The translations under genes were made by a program, and so were the position numbers. Positions 39,142 through 49,656 of a stretch of 64,000 nt of DNA are shown in pieces. The stretch spans positions 1,663,277-1,727,276 of the forward strand of contig OY970393.1 in the NCBI GenBank assembly GCA_963720465.1, given 5' to 3'. The notes beneath the pieces are model-generated. The model saw nothing but the letters and a program-made list of their open reading frames with translations, made no database searches and was not told where the DNA came from. How positions within the stretch are numbered: the stretch's first letter is position 1; each line of letters begins with the position of its first letter. The stretch comes from Methanobacteriota archaeon (GTDB lineage: Archaea; Halobacteriota; Bog-38; Methanoflorentales; Methanoflorentaceae).

Positions 39142-39450
39142 ATGCTTTGCTTGGTATATATTGAGGTTCCCGCAGAAGTAGGCACTCGCGTAGATTTCGA
39201 AGAACAGGGCCCCGGGCAAATCATCGGGTATATGATGAATAGGTTCGCGCCCGAGGCGGTGTATATAAAGGCCGGCACGCGTGCTAGTTTTATGGTTGCC
39301 GATCTGAATGAGACACAGATGACGGAGCTTATGCTTATTGTGTCGAAGAATTTCGGCACGTATCCGGAGTTCACGGCTCTCATTCCCGCAGCGGCTATTC
39401 CCGAAATGGCTGGAAAGGCGATAGAAGCGGTGAAGAAGGCACAAATTTAG
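39142..39450 (+). CDS. hypothetical small alpha+beta protein (102 aa)
   Basis: Clean ORF with a CAGGTGA site upstream. It vaguely resembles DUF3303/GYD-like proteins, without confidence. Confidence 0.45.
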   Translation: MLCLVYIEVPAEVGTRVDFEEQGPGQIIGYMMNRFAPEAVYIKAGTRASFMVADLNETQMTELMLIVSKNFGTYPEFTALIPAAAIPEMAGKAIEAVKKAQI

Positions 39451-39910
39451 CGTGGTTTTTACTAAAGTCGTCGATCGAATCAGTTTCACCCAATCCATGG
39501 CCGATCCCAAAATGACTTCTTAGACTAGCTATCAACGGTGCTGGCAGTCTTGGGCAGGCCAGACGCCACACAGAAAGAGAGTGATACATCAAAAAATAGC
39601 GGTGATATCAAAATTACGGTAGCGCGTACTTAGCTCGTTAACACATTGAGATAAACACCGTCTCAACGGTTGCATTACTACTCTTCTTTTTTTATCATCG
39701 TGGCTCATAACGCTGTGATAATGTGTACAATCGTGATAATTTAACCGCATCCGGCCACTAACTGCAGGCTCAAAAATCGTGCGGCGCGTGACGATCTTGG
39801 ACACTTCTCAAAATAGTGAAAAATGTATCCTAAATCGTCGTCTCGTATATGCTCCATTATATGCTTTCGTCTAGCGAAATTGGTGTCGTTATTACGTGTT
39901 TTAGCGCATG

Positions 39911-40201
39911 CTACTTTTCTGTGTCCTCTTGGCCCAATTCCTTTGCGATATCATGTAGTGTTTTGTCGGTTTTTGCTCTCAGTTCTGCCCTCTCTTCTGG
40001 TGTCATAACCGCTTTTTTCTCCAAGAGATCCATTAGGTTTGTAATAAGCAAAGTATGCCACTCGATCTCTGCCGCAATTCTAACCGTAGCCCCAAAAATC
40101 CCTTCATAATCAGAAAGGCCTTTTTCACGAGCTTCTTTCACTGCATCCATCACGCAATCTAATAGACTGTTGAAGCTGGTCGGTATGTCTTCTTCCGTCA
40201 T
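39911..40201 (-). CDS. hypothetical helical protein (96 aa)
   Basis: Clean ORF with GGGGTGA 5 nt upstream of the ATG. No motif recognised. Confidence 0.5.
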   Translation of the reverse strand: MTEEDIPTSFNSLLDCVMDAVKEAREKGLSDYEGIFGATVRIAAEIEWHTLLITNLMDLLEKKAVMTPEERAELRAKTDKTLHDIAKELGQEDTEK

Positions 40202-40951
40202 TTTTCACCCCACATATCGTTTATGTCGCTCACGTTATGAGTTTGTTAAAGGGTGGCCCTATGCCCCGCCTTGGGTAAACTCAAAGAAAATCGCGTTTTG
40301 TGAGACGCCGCCTTGATAGAGTATGTATTCGTCGCTGAAATATGGTGTTCCGGGCTTTTGAAGGTTCGTATCTTGTGTTATAATACCTCCAACCAGGTCC
40401 TGAAGCAGCCGCCGACTGTCCGAAACCCGTCGCATTCGCTTGGTCGACTTTCTCGTCGGTTATGGGTTTTTCTAATGTCTGATATCTCGCAGTTTGATAC
40501 GATACTGTGTCGTTGTCGGCTGATACCGCCGTGTGTTGCCATTCGGCAAGGTGTAAAAAACGCCTAAATAGTCCGTTGAGCGATTCGAGTTCGCCGGGTA
40601 TTCTGTTATGATGACACGCCAGGATATTCGGCTTTAAGCGCTGTCTCTAACCACTTCAGACTGGCTCAAACGTCCTTTACCTCATCAGAAAAGATGATTG
40701 TGAGACCCATATCCTGATCCACACGTTTTTCTAGCCTAGCCCAGCTGTCTGGATACTTGTGCCCTCCGTAGCTCCTAGCTCATTATTTCTTTTTTCGATT
40801 TCCTTTGATTTACGGGGCCCGTTCACTGGCTGACGCAGAAGTCCACGAGTGACTGCCTTGGAGCTGCCTGTAGGACAGACTAACAGGACTGCTAGACTAT
40901 ACAGACCTGGACTCAGGAAATACCATAGCCTTTACTTGCTAAAAGTGGGGG

Positions 40952-41584
40952 CTATAATGTCGGGACGCGCTGCGAGAGTTCGGCCCAGTCGCTGCCGATG
41001 GACTTCTTGATGAACTCCTTTGTTGGGGCGAAGACAGGTTCAGGCATCATCATCTGATAAATGTGGACCATAGTCTCACGATCGTCCAGTCCCACCAGCG
41101 GAAACAGCCACGCGACCAGTTCCGAAAATCGTTCCTGGGGCACCTTGCTTGCCATGATGCCGATCGCTTTCCCTTGCTCGGGCAATGGGACTCGTTCCTT
41201 AAAAATCCGGTAGAGGTGTGTATCCTCTTTACCTAAGTGGATGTTGAGATGAAAACGGAACGCAGCGGTGGCTCGCGCGGTTGTTAACGGGTCGCGTGAA
41301 GCGTACGATTTGCTCAACTCGTCAAATGCCGCGTCCAAACCACGGTGGTCTTTCACATAGGCCTCAGCAACCAGGGGGGCGACACCCTCAAGTCGGGGGA
41401 ATACAGCCTCCTCCTCGCCGTCTGCGTGCCAAACCAATACTTCGTTGAAGAACCGAAAACGCTCGACGGTGGCGGCTAGGCCCTCCTTTCCCCTAGCTGC
41501 GTCCAACGCTGCGGCATCGATATGCCCCATGTCATTCCTGAACGCATTGTGAAAAACCCGTATAACATCGAGTGGTTGGGTCAT
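40952..41584 (-). CDS. hemerythrin HHE cation-binding domain protein
   Basis: IRVFHNAFRNDM, H..EEE.VFP, KDH and HL.KED.H motifs typical of hemerythrin-like four-helix bundles. This is the intact paralogue of the 12667-12925 fragment. Confidence 0.85.
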   Translation of the reverse strand: MTQPLDVIRVFHNAFRNDMGHIDAAALDAARGKEGLAATVERFRFFNEVLVWHADGEEEAVFPRLEGVAPLVAEAYVKDHRGLDAAFDELSKSYASRDPLTTARATAAFRFHLNIHLGKEDTHLYRIFKERVPLPEQGKAIGIMASKVPQERFSELVAWLFPLVGLDDRETMVHIYQMMMPEPVFAPTKEFIKKSIGSDWAELSQRVPTL

Positions 41585-41736
41585 GATCGTTCCTGCGAAG
41601 TTCGCTCATAAAAAGCTTGTTCTGCCATTGCAGCGGATGTCACGCTTTTTTATCAACTAAAAGCGATTTCAATCTTACCACACTTTCGCCCTACTTTTAG
41701 CTAACAATTACCCAGGTAGACCCACTCATCTTGCCT

Positions 41737-41904
41737 ATGAACAACGATCGGGCAGAGGTCGACGAACTCATCCTTGAAATCGCGGACTACAAAAGCGATT
41801 ATGCCGATATGGCTGCCGAAAAACTTTTGCGGAAGTGCTCGACCAGCTGGGAAGCGTATCAATACCTGCAAGACCGCGTGCACGATGGATGGCTTCCACG
41901 ATAA
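41737..41904 (+). CDS. 55-aa conserved small protein (copy B of the duplicated unit)
   Basis: MNNDRAEVDELILEIADYKSDYADMAAEKLLRKCSTSWEAYQYLQDRVHDGWLPR*. It is conserved with copy A at both protein and upstream-sequence level. It is below the ORF-track cutoff. Confidence 0.5.
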   Translation: MNNDRAEVDELILEIADYKSDYADMAAEKLLRKCSTSWEAYQYLQDRVHDGWLPR

Positions 41905-41960
41905 CAGGGCAAACCTTTAACGCCGTACGATGCAGCATTGAACGCTAAAAAGGGGGAATT

Positions 41961-42524
41961 ATGGACGAAAGAACGAAGAAGTTTATTCCACTTTTTGTCC
42001 TGATAGGGCTGGCCATAGTAGCCGTCGCAGTCTACATAATAGTATACCATGTCGGAATGCCGACCCGAAATCTGTCAGGCGCGCCAGCGGGTTTTTGGCT
42101 TGGTCTATGGCAAGGTCTTATCGTTTTCCTATCATTCATAGCCAGTTGGTTTGACAACAATATCGTGCTTTACCAGCTCAACAATAATGGATTTTGGTAT
42201 AACCTCGGGTACGTTATTGGCCTTATTGTCCTTGGGGTTGGCGGCGGAGGCAGCGCAAGAGCTTCCAGGACACAAGAAAGACCCAAGATGCGGGATCAGG
42301 AAGCGACGCAGGGTCATGGAGCCTCACCACCCTCGCTGTTGCTGTTTGCCGGCATCGCTATCGCATTTGCGTGGCTGCTGTTCGTGGGACTCTGGTTGTT
42401 TTTCTATGCCAGTAGTTTTAACATCTGGCAAAACATCGGGACGTTCGTCATCTCTCTTGCGATTGTTGCAATATTAGAGACCGCAATCTGGGTCCCGTGG
42501 GGGCTGAAACAGCCTCGCAAGTAA
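41961..42524 (+). CDS. integral membrane protein (187 aa, about 5 TM)
   Basis: AGGGGGA lies upstream of the ATG. Hydrophobic helices are separated by a basic loop. No family recognised. Confidence 0.55.
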   Translation: MDERTKKFIPLFVLIGLAIVAVAVYIIVYHVGMPTRNLSGAPAGFWLGLWQGLIVFLSFIASWFDNNIVLYQLNNNGFWYNLGYVIGLIVLGVGGGGSARASRTQERPKMRDQEATQGHGASPPSLLLFAGIAIAFAWLLFVGLWLFFYASSFNIWQNIGTFVISLAIVAILETAIWVPWGLKQPRK

Positions 42525-42795
42525 AGAGTTCGCGATGTGGGCTGCTATTCAAGGGGTTCAACACCAAGCTCGTAATCGCTGAGTGACGAGTCACTCCCTT
42601 TCTACACCGGCTGCTATCAAGAAGCGTCCCCAGGACAAGCCGCTTACGCGAAGGGCTGAAATCTCCTCGCTCTAACATCGAAAACCTCTTGAGTCTAGCC
42701 CTAGGCGTCAACCCAAGCATTGGATGACCATGCAGTCGCTGGGTCGACCAATTATCGCGCAGGACCCTGTGAGCAGTTCCTGTGTGACCTCGTCG

Positions 42796-44331
42796 CTATT
42801 TTGCCTCTCTCGGCAGAAACAGGACGATCACAAACCCAAGGAGCAATATGAGACTCAGTGCGACGAAGGTGAGGTGCATTGCCGAGCTGATCGTACTGTC
42901 GACGATGCGCTGCGCTTCAGGAATCAGACTCTGAGGGATGCTCGGCGGCGCGGTCGTCTGCATTTTTTGTGTGTACGCGTAGAGATTCTGTTGTATCTGT
43001 TCTTGAGTCGTGGAGTTACTCACTAGCGTGGAGGAGCCGATCCCCGCAACGAGCCCGTTGAAAGTTCCCACGAGAAGTAAAACGCCGATGAGCGCTGTGC
43101 CCACTGAGTAGCCCAAGTTCTTTGCTGTGTTGAGAAATCCTGAGGCATCGATCTCTTGGTCTCTCCGCACCGCGGACATGGTGAGATTAGTCAACTGAGA
43201 CAGCAACAACCCCACTCCGAGGCCGAATATCACCGTGCCAGGGATAATGTCAACAATCTGAGTGCTCTGGCTAAATACGTTGCTCAAAAGGTATGCGCCT
43301 GCAGCCGAGATCAGAAATCCGATAAGGATGACGACCTTGGGTCGTACAATAGATGATAGTCTGCCCCCGGTGACCGATAGCACGAAAATTGCAAGCGACA
43401 TGGGGAGCAATGCCACACCCGTCATAAAGGCGCTCTCGCGAGTGACTTGCAGCAGAAATACAGGTAAAATAAACAGCACGCCGGCGAAGGCGGCTTGTTG
43501 GATCACACTAGCCGCGTTGCCCAAGACATAGAGTCGATTTTTGAGCACTGAGATGTCGAGTAACGGCTCTGCGTGGTGGCTTGTGCGTCGCCTCTGCCAA
43601 AGGAGGAAGCCGGCAAAAACGATGAGGCCGACCACTATGAACAGCGGCACGAGTTGCCAGTACTGCGGGGAGCCGAGGAGCAAAATGCCGAATACGAGAG
43701 AGAACAGCGCGGTAACTGAGAGCACGACGCCTCCGAGATCTATCTCACGCCACGTAAGACGTGGCTTTGACTCGTGCAGGAACGATCTCATCAGGAGTAC
43801 CGCGAGGACACCGAGTAGTTCGAACGCAAAGATCAATCGCCAGGTGGCAAAGGACGTCAGAGCACCCCCATAGAGCGGGCCGATAGCAGCCCCCAGAGCG
43901 GCGATGCCCCCCCAGATGCCAAATGCCGTCAGTCGGTCTTTGCCTTCATACGCCGCACTTACCATGGTGGTCGTCGCGGGTAACATCAGTGCCGCACCTA
44001 TGCCTTCGAGAAGTGACCAGCCGATGAGGAGCATAAAGACGTTAACGCTCAAAGTGGCCGTAGTTGTGCCGATGCCGTACACGATGACGCCGATAAGGAA
44101 AGTCTTCTTCCTCCCTAAAACGTCCTGCAGCTTGCTTCCGGCAAGCATGAGCGACGCCATTGTGAGCGCATATATGGCGATCAAAGCCTGAATAGTGCTC
44201 AAATCGGTGTGTAAGTCTACGACCACAGCCGATATGGCCACATTCATGGCGGAGCTATCGAGAACGATAATGAAGATGGCTATGCACGAAACTAACACGA
44301 CTCCCCATTTGAACTGTGGCTTCTCTTCCAT
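42796..44331 (-). CDS. MFS transporter, DHA2 (EmrB/QacA-like, 14-TMS)
   Basis: Motif A region GSKLQDVLGRKKTFLIGVIVYGIGT and a length and TM count typical of DHA2. Confidence 0.9.
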   Translation of the reverse strand: MEEKPQFKWGVVLVSCIAIFIIVLDSSAMNVAISAVVVDLHTDLSTIQALIAIYALTMASLMLAGSKLQDVLGRKKTFLIGVIVYGIGTTTATLSVNVFMLLIGWSLLEGIGAALMLPATTTMVSAAYEGKDRLTAFGIWGGIAALGAAIGPLYGGALTSFATWRLIFAFELLGVLAVLLMRSFLHESKPRLTWREIDLGGVVLSVTALFSLVFGILLLGSPQYWQLVPLFIVVGLIVFAGFLLWQRRRTSHHAEPLLDISVLKNRLYVLGNAASVIQQAAFAGVLFILPVFLLQVTRESAFMTGVALLPMSLAIFVLSVTGGRLSSIVRPKVVILIGFLISAAGAYLLSNVFSQSTQIVDIIPGTVIFGLGVGLLLSQLTNLTMSAVRRDQEIDASGFLNTAKNLGYSVGTALIGVLLLVGTFNGLVAGIGSSTLVSNSTTQEQIQQNLYAYTQKMQTTAPPSIPQSLIPEAQRIVDSTISSAMHLTFVALSLILLLGFVIVLFLPREAK

Positions 44332-44698
44332 CGAAATACCGCGGAGAATATCTATCTAACTGTGTATACGCGCGCGCAGGAATCCATTAGATATGCTAAC
44401 CGAGCGCGGTTGGTCGATTCAACAGCGTTTTTTTTGGCTTTATCTCTTACGGTTCGTTATTCGCAGTTAAGAGTCGCAGGTGCGGCTAAAAAAGAGATAA
44501 TACGTTACCTTCGTTCGCGCTTAGCGAATTTCACACAAAACCACCAAGTGAGTTCAGAGAACTATCTTGTAGGATGCGCCTGCTCTTTGTCAGTTGGGCA
44601 CTTTTTTTGGCTCGTGCAATTATTTTCAATTCGAGTAAGTTAAGTACCTGTACATCGCAACAACTCAAACGATTATACGAATAGGAGGTGAAAAACAA

Positions 44699-45205
44699 AT
44701 GGCTGAACAATCACTGTGGCTGCGCATAGCAGAGATTATCGTCGGTTTAATCATCCTCATATTGGCCGGATACGCAATTGCATATCCGGGAGTAGCTGCA
44801 GCGACGCTCATAGGATTCCTTGCGGTGGGGCTCATTGTTTTAAGCGGCATAGAATTCGCCCAGGTTTTTGCACTGGACATCTCGGGATGGCGACGACTTC
44901 TGAACTTGATTCTATCAGCGATCGCATTTCTACTCGCACTAGCAGTACTCGTGTCCCCGCTAATTTGGGGTGGACTGACCCTCGCGTGGCTGGTAGCACT
45001 GGCGTTGATCTTCGCGGGATTCGCGGCCATCGGACGCGCCACTCCGGGGACGATAATCGTCGGGATCATCGCAGTTGTAGCCGGTTTTGTCGTGCTGGTA
45101 TATCCCCCGCTCGGCGTCGCCACTGCAGTACTCTTGCTAGCGATAGCTCTGATCGTCTTCGGGTTAATGTTGATAGTATCGGGCATCTTGGGAAGATGGG
45201 TGTGA
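44699..45205 (+). CDS. HdeD/DUF308 family membrane protein (copy 2, intact)
   Basis: Three tandem two-helix repeats (..GLIILILAGYAIAYPG.., ..AFLLALAVLVSPL.., ..GFVVLVYPPLG..). It shares the leader AGGAGGTGAAAAACAAATGGCTGAACAA with copy 3. An oligo-T tract follows the stop. Confidence 0.85.
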   Translation: MAEQSLWLRIAEIIVGLIILILAGYAIAYPGVAAATLIGFLAVGLIVLSGIEFAQVFALDISGWRRLLNLILSAIAFLLALAVLVSPLIWGGLTLAWLVALALIFAGFAAIGRATPGTIIVGIIAVVAGFVVLVYPPLGVATAVLLLAIALIVFGLMLIVSGILGRWV

Positions 45206-45215
45206 CCCACCCCCC

Positions 45216-45229
45216 TTTCTTTTTTTCTT
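45216..45229 (+). terminator. oligo-T tract (tttcttttttt ctt) 11 nt after the DUF308 stop
   Basis: Archaeal-type T-rich termination signal. An equivalent tract follows copies 1 and 3. Confidence 0.4.
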
Positions 45230-45647
45230 GTAACGAACGAGTGCGGCAAAAAAGGCGATTTCCGGAAGCTTGCACTGCGAGCTCAAGCCACAAAACCGCA
45301 AAAAAGCAGTTTTGTCTCATAACCTATGTAGTTAATGACGAACCTAGCATTTCGCTCAAAAAAAGTTGGCTAAAATATTTCCCAGAATCAGAGTACCGCC
45401 CAGGCGTGAACGTCTCAAGCAGGATATGCGATATGTCCTTTAGAAGGCAAATGCACGCCTAGAAGGCAATCTTTAAGTAACTTGTGCTTCGATCCACAAC
45501 CGATGGCGACCTACCGGCGCTTGCGTTTAGGAGCCATAGACGCTTCAGGTCGCAGTGGCGTTTTAAGCAGCTGCCGGGATCCGCGGCACGCAAAGAGAAA
45601 GGCGGCAACCCATTTGGGCCGCTGCGGTTGAACGCTCAACGACTACC

Positions 45648-46904
45648 ATGTTCGAAATAGAGTTCGCAATTTTCGCCGCCATTGTTTTTGTTTTCGCGCT
45701 TGTATCGCATCGCGTTGAGAGGCTCAACGTAACAGCGCCCATGGCATTTATCGCTGCAGGCATGTTGTTCGGCACCTCTCACCTCTTCAACGTGTCGATC
45801 AACAACGAGGCCCTACTGCTTATCGGAAGCATCGCCCTTGTGCTGGTTCTGTTCACCGATGCGTCACGTATCAACATTTCGTTGTTCCGGGTGAACGCGG
45901 AATTGCCTGCCCGGCTGCTAATTATCGGTCTACCCTTGACGATCGCGGCTGGCGCGGTCATCGCAGCTCTCCTATTTACGAACCTCACGATTTGGCAAGC
46001 CGCAATTATAGGAGCAGTGCTCGCCCCGACCGACGCGGGCCTGGGGCAAGCGATCGTAACCAGCGAACGAGTGCCCGTTCGCATTCGCGAGGCGCTGAAT
46101 GTTGAAAGCGGCCTGAACGATGGTGGGTCGGTGCCCTTTCTTCTGGTGTTCCTCGCTCTCGCGGCGATTCAGGAAGGCGTAGAGCCCCCCAGCTTCTGGA
46201 TAGTCGCTGTGGAGCAGATAGGCATTGGCGTGGCCATCGGCCTTCTCGTCGGAATCGCCGGCGGGTGGCTGATCAGAAGCGCCACGCGTCGTGGCTGGAT
46301 GAGCAGGACCTTTAAGCGCCTGAGTTTCCTGGCGCTCGCCATTCTCGCCTGGGGTGTCGCGGGGCCAATTGGCGGCAGCGGCTTTATTGCAGCTTTTGTT
46401 GGCGGGTTTGCCACTGGAGCGACAGTCGGCGAGGTAGAAGAGGCCGCTACCGACTTTAGCGAAGCAGAGGGAGAGCTTCTCCTTCTGGCGGTCTTCTTCC
46501 TTGTCGGCGTCGTCGCAACTTCGCTGATGGGCACGCTTGACTGGACGATCGTGCTCTACGCGATTCTCAGCCTGACGGTTATCCGCATGCTGCCCGTGGC
46601 GATCTCTCTTGTCGGCACGAAGTTGCGACGCAGTTCGGTGCTGTTTCTTGGCTGGTTCGGACCGCGTGGTCTCGCATCTATCGTCCTCGTGCTGGTCGCC
46701 TTGGAGGAGCCGGGACTCGCTGCTGTCGCGCCGTTGATCGCGACAATCGTCCTCGTGACCGTGATTCTCAGCGTCTTCGCGCACGGCATTTCCGCCCAAC
46801 CTGGCGCTGCTCTGTACGCACGCAAGGTGGCTGCAATGAACCCTGATGCTCCTGAGCTGCGCGACGTTTCGCAACTGCCGGTTCGTAAGAGACGAATGGG
46901 GTAA
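45648..46904 (+). CDS. CPA1-type cation/proton (Na+/H+) antiporter
   Basis: LAPTDAGLG and NVESGLNDGGSVPF motifs plus FLGWFGPRGLASIV, typical of the NhaP/NHE family. Confidence 0.9.
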   Translation: MFEIEFAIFAAIVFVFALVSHRVERLNVTAPMAFIAAGMLFGTSHLFNVSINNEALLLIGSIALVLVLFTDASRINISLFRVNAELPARLLIIGLPLTIAAGAVIAALLFTNLTIWQAAIIGAVLAPTDAGLGQAIVTSERVPVRIREALNVESGLNDGGSVPFLLVFLALAAIQEGVEPPSFWIVAVEQIGIGVAIGLLVGIAGGWLIRSATRRGWMSRTFKRLSFLALAILAWGVAGPIGGSGFIAAFVGGFATGATVGEVEEAATDFSEAEGELLLLAVFFLVGVVATSLMGTLDWTIVLYAILSLTVIRMLPVAISLVGTKLRRSSVLFLGWFGPRGLASIVLVLVALEEPGLAAVAPLIATIVLVTVILSVFAHGISAQPGAALYARKVAAMNPDAPELRDVSQLPVRKRRMG

Positions 46905-47397
46905 CCTTAACCAACTGACTCGAGCCACCAATTGTAAAGTACTGCTACAGTTGCTGGTGTGACGTCCCGCCAAGAAGAGCACCAGTCGCAGCGACCGCTC
47001 CCCGACCCTAGCTTCGGCGATTGAACTACCATGAAGATGGTCTGCAGTAGCTCGGTCCACAGGCACTTTGGTCTTGTATTGTGGATATACGGTGTGAGCT
47101 TCTGCTCCCGGTCTTCAACTACCCCGTATGGGCAGGGATGGTTGTGCCGTCGTTATCCTTTGACTCGATAAAAGGCGCAGCGCCCGTTTAATCGAGTTCT
47201 GCAAATGTTTGCGTAATCGCGCCCATCATATCGCTAGAAGTTTACTATGCTGCGGTTGGCGATGCAGTGGGGTTGAAAATTCCACAGAATTTTCCGCGAA
47301 AGTGCGTCATTATCTTTCAATTTCTCCGTGTTAATGGAACAGTACCTTCCCAAAATTATGCGATAGCCTGCATCCGCACTCGCATACCGAGTTAACT

Positions 47398-47868
47398 CTA
47401 TGAGCTCATATCGAAAGCAGCCGAGACTTCACTGAGAACTGCCTTTTCTGCCTCACTAACCACGACGCCGCCGCTCTCTTTGGCTGCTTCTGCCACTTTT
47501 TGTCCTATGGCGAGTACCCACTTCTTGTAGGCCATCGCCTCCTCTGAAGTGGTCCTGGCTAAGATTACTGAAACAGCGTTGCAGGCCTCTGTGGTTTTGG
47601 ATCTGTAGCCAGATTTATCCTGTTTGAACAGATTCTGCTGCTGCTTGACTAAATCTTTGGCCTGTGATTGCATCTCGCCCGACAATGTGCTGACAAGATC
47701 GCTCCCACTTGAAGCTGCCAGCTTGGCTGGCTCAGTAAGCATGGTCTTCGATTCGCCAAAGGCACCCCACAATGATGGAGCTGCCGTCACTATCGCGAAT
47801 GAGACTGCATATGGAATGCTTAGAAGCTTCTGCCATTCCTCATCGGTAAAGTTCTCTTTTATTCCCAT
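47398..47868 (-). CDS. hypothetical protein (156 aa)
   Basis: Clean ORF. A possible upstream partner ORF (47859-48083) overlaps it by 10 nt. No motif recognised. Confidence 0.5.
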   Translation of the reverse strand: MGIKENFTDEEWQKLLSIPYAVSFAIVTAAPSLWGAFGESKTMLTEPAKLAASSGSDLVSTLSGEMQSQAKDLVKQQQNLFKQDKSGYRSKTTEACNAVSVILARTTSEEAMAYKKWVLAIGQKVAEAAKESGGVVVSEAEKAVLSEVSAAFDMSS

Positions 47869-48286
47869 AGTCTTTCCCCTACAAATTCACCTGGCTTTAC
47901 AGGCTTGTAACGTGTTGCGATCGATGTATATATTGGTTTTTGAGATCGGCTGATGACTTCCGTGCCGAGGCCGCCCAAAGTGAGAGCAAACTTACCTTTC
48001 GGAGATAATTTTGCCCCACTCATCCTCAAAGCTTGTGGCCCGTGACATTGTGTTTGGCGCGTAAAAGTCAAAAGCTTTGTCAATCAACATGGAGCCACAC
48101 CACCGACTCTGAGAGTTCTCGGGTGTTTAAAAGATTGGGCTGGCCTTTATCGGCAGACTAGAAGTCCTCAGATTTGCTAATTCCACGGAGCCGCCTGCAG
48201 GAGTAGATACAGAAGATACGGGCCTCAATGATTTCTGTTCGTTTTTTATACGATAACAGACGATATTGGCGGACGGAGGTCGGCAA

Positions 48287-49027
48287 ATGAGTTCCTTAGG
48301 ACAAAAGTTAACAGCGGAGTTTTTGGGCACATTTCTATTGGTCTTCTTTGGTGCAGGAGCGGTAGTCGTAGCCCTGCTACTAGGGCAAGGAGCCCCGCAA
48401 CTGCCTAACCAGTTCTCCATTGGGATAACCATGGCCAACTGGCTCGCCATAAACGTCGTGTTTGGCTTGACTATCGCGGCTGGTATCTACGCCTTTGCAC
48501 GTGTTTCGGGTGCGCATTTCAACCCCGCAGTTACCATTGCACTGTGCGCAGTGCGAAAGTTCCCACGGCGTGAAGTCATACCGTATCTGGTAGCGCAGCT
48601 TGCTGGCGCAACCGTCGCGAGCCTGCTGTTTGCATTCTGTCTCGGCAGTCGGGCGGTGGACGTCAGATTGGGTGCGACAACGCCGTTCTACGGGGTCGGG
48701 TACGGCCAAGCGATTATTTTGGAAGCCGTGGGGACGTTTCTCCTGATGTTGGCCATTATGGCCGTTGCCGTCGATAAAAGGGCAACGCCTGGATTCGCAG
48801 GTCTCATTATCGGCCTTACGGTGACGGCATCGCTCACGATGATCTCAAACCTGACCGGAGGATCAATCAACCCGGCGAGAACGTTTGGGCCGTTTCTTGC
48901 GCTTACGCTTCTAGGAGGGAATTTTCTGTGGGGTGATTTCCCTATCTATGTGATCGGGCCTGTGATTGGCGCCGTGGTAGCGGCTTTCGTTTACGTTTAT
49001 ATCAACGGCGGCAAAGCCGAGGAATAG
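48287..49027 (+). CDS. MIP-family aquaporin/aquaglyceroporin
   Basis: Two NPA boxes (SGAHFNPAVT and GGSINPARTFGP). The start is taken at ATG 48287, preceded by GGAGGT. Confidence 0.9.
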   Translation: MSSLGQKLTAEFLGTFLLVFFGAGAVVVALLLGQGAPQLPNQFSIGITMANWLAINVVFGLTIAAGIYAFARVSGAHFNPAVTIALCAVRKFPRREVIPYLVAQLAGATVASLLFAFCLGSRAVDVRLGATTPFYGVGYGQAIILEAVGTFLLMLAIMAVAVDKRATPGFAGLIIGLTVTASLTMISNLTGGSINPARTFGPFLALTLLGGNFLWGDFPIYVIGPVIGAVVAAFVYVYINGGKAEE

Positions 49028-49228
49028 GGGGTTGTGACGGTTCCAGCGCGTACTTAAGCGAAAACAGAGCAACTAGAACGGCACGTTTGCACACGCGTAT
49101 TGCAGGGCATTGAACTCAGGTAAACTGCCGTCGTGTTAATGTTTGAATGCCGCCTGCAGGATAGAATCTGAAACTATAAGAGCCATACTCCTTGCTATTC
49201 ACCAGGAGGATGGTTCAGGCTATACTCA

Positions 49229-49318
49229 CTAGCCAAACCAAAAATTCCACCGCAGAATTGCACCGCCGATTATGACCCCCAGCATCAACCCGATTATGAT
49301 TATAGTGACGGTCACCAT
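49229..49318 (-). CDS. degenerate paralogue of the 35-aa micro-ORF at 53694
   Basis: caagaggaggCAaaacATCgactggaaatggtga.. aligns with caagaggaggTGaaacATGgattggaagtggtgg... The SD is weakened, ATG has become ATC, and there is a 1-nt deletion. A residual ORF MVTVTIIIIGLMLGVIIGGAILRWNFWFG* remains. Confidence 0.3.
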   Translation of the reverse strand: MVTVTIIIIGLMLGVIIGGAILRWNFWFG

Positions 49319-49656
49319 TTCCAGTCGATGTTTTGCCTCCTCTTGAAGGCGGTAAAAAGGTAGACGAAAGCGGCTTCAGACCGAGGATATTTAGAATAAT
49401 CATGAAATGACTAATCTCCGCCTCCGTCGGCGACTTGTAACGATTGCCAAAAAGATAAACCTCGCTCTCGCTTTTTATACTCTGTTTAAGCAGAAATTCA
49501 GGGGTATTTACCCTTTCTACTGCGGCGAACTCTCTTGGCAGCCGAATGAATGGATAAGTGGCGAAGCTGTTGCGCCATGTAGGCCAATTTTATGTTTGCA
49601 CAAGAATCGCATGCTTAGTTAATGGCTTTGTAGGAGGAACTTTGTAGTTCGGAGCC

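Noticed and set aside
45972-47066. Long antisense ORFs as real genes: 364 aa here, plus 50069-50845, 29180-29881, 30306-31130, 58475-59062, 57691-58323, 44665-45249 and 44716-45462.
   Set aside because: All lie opposite or out of frame to strongly supported genes. They have Arg/Pro/Ser/Gly-rich, non-protein-like composition and no motifs. These are typical shadow ORFs in GC-rich coding DNA.
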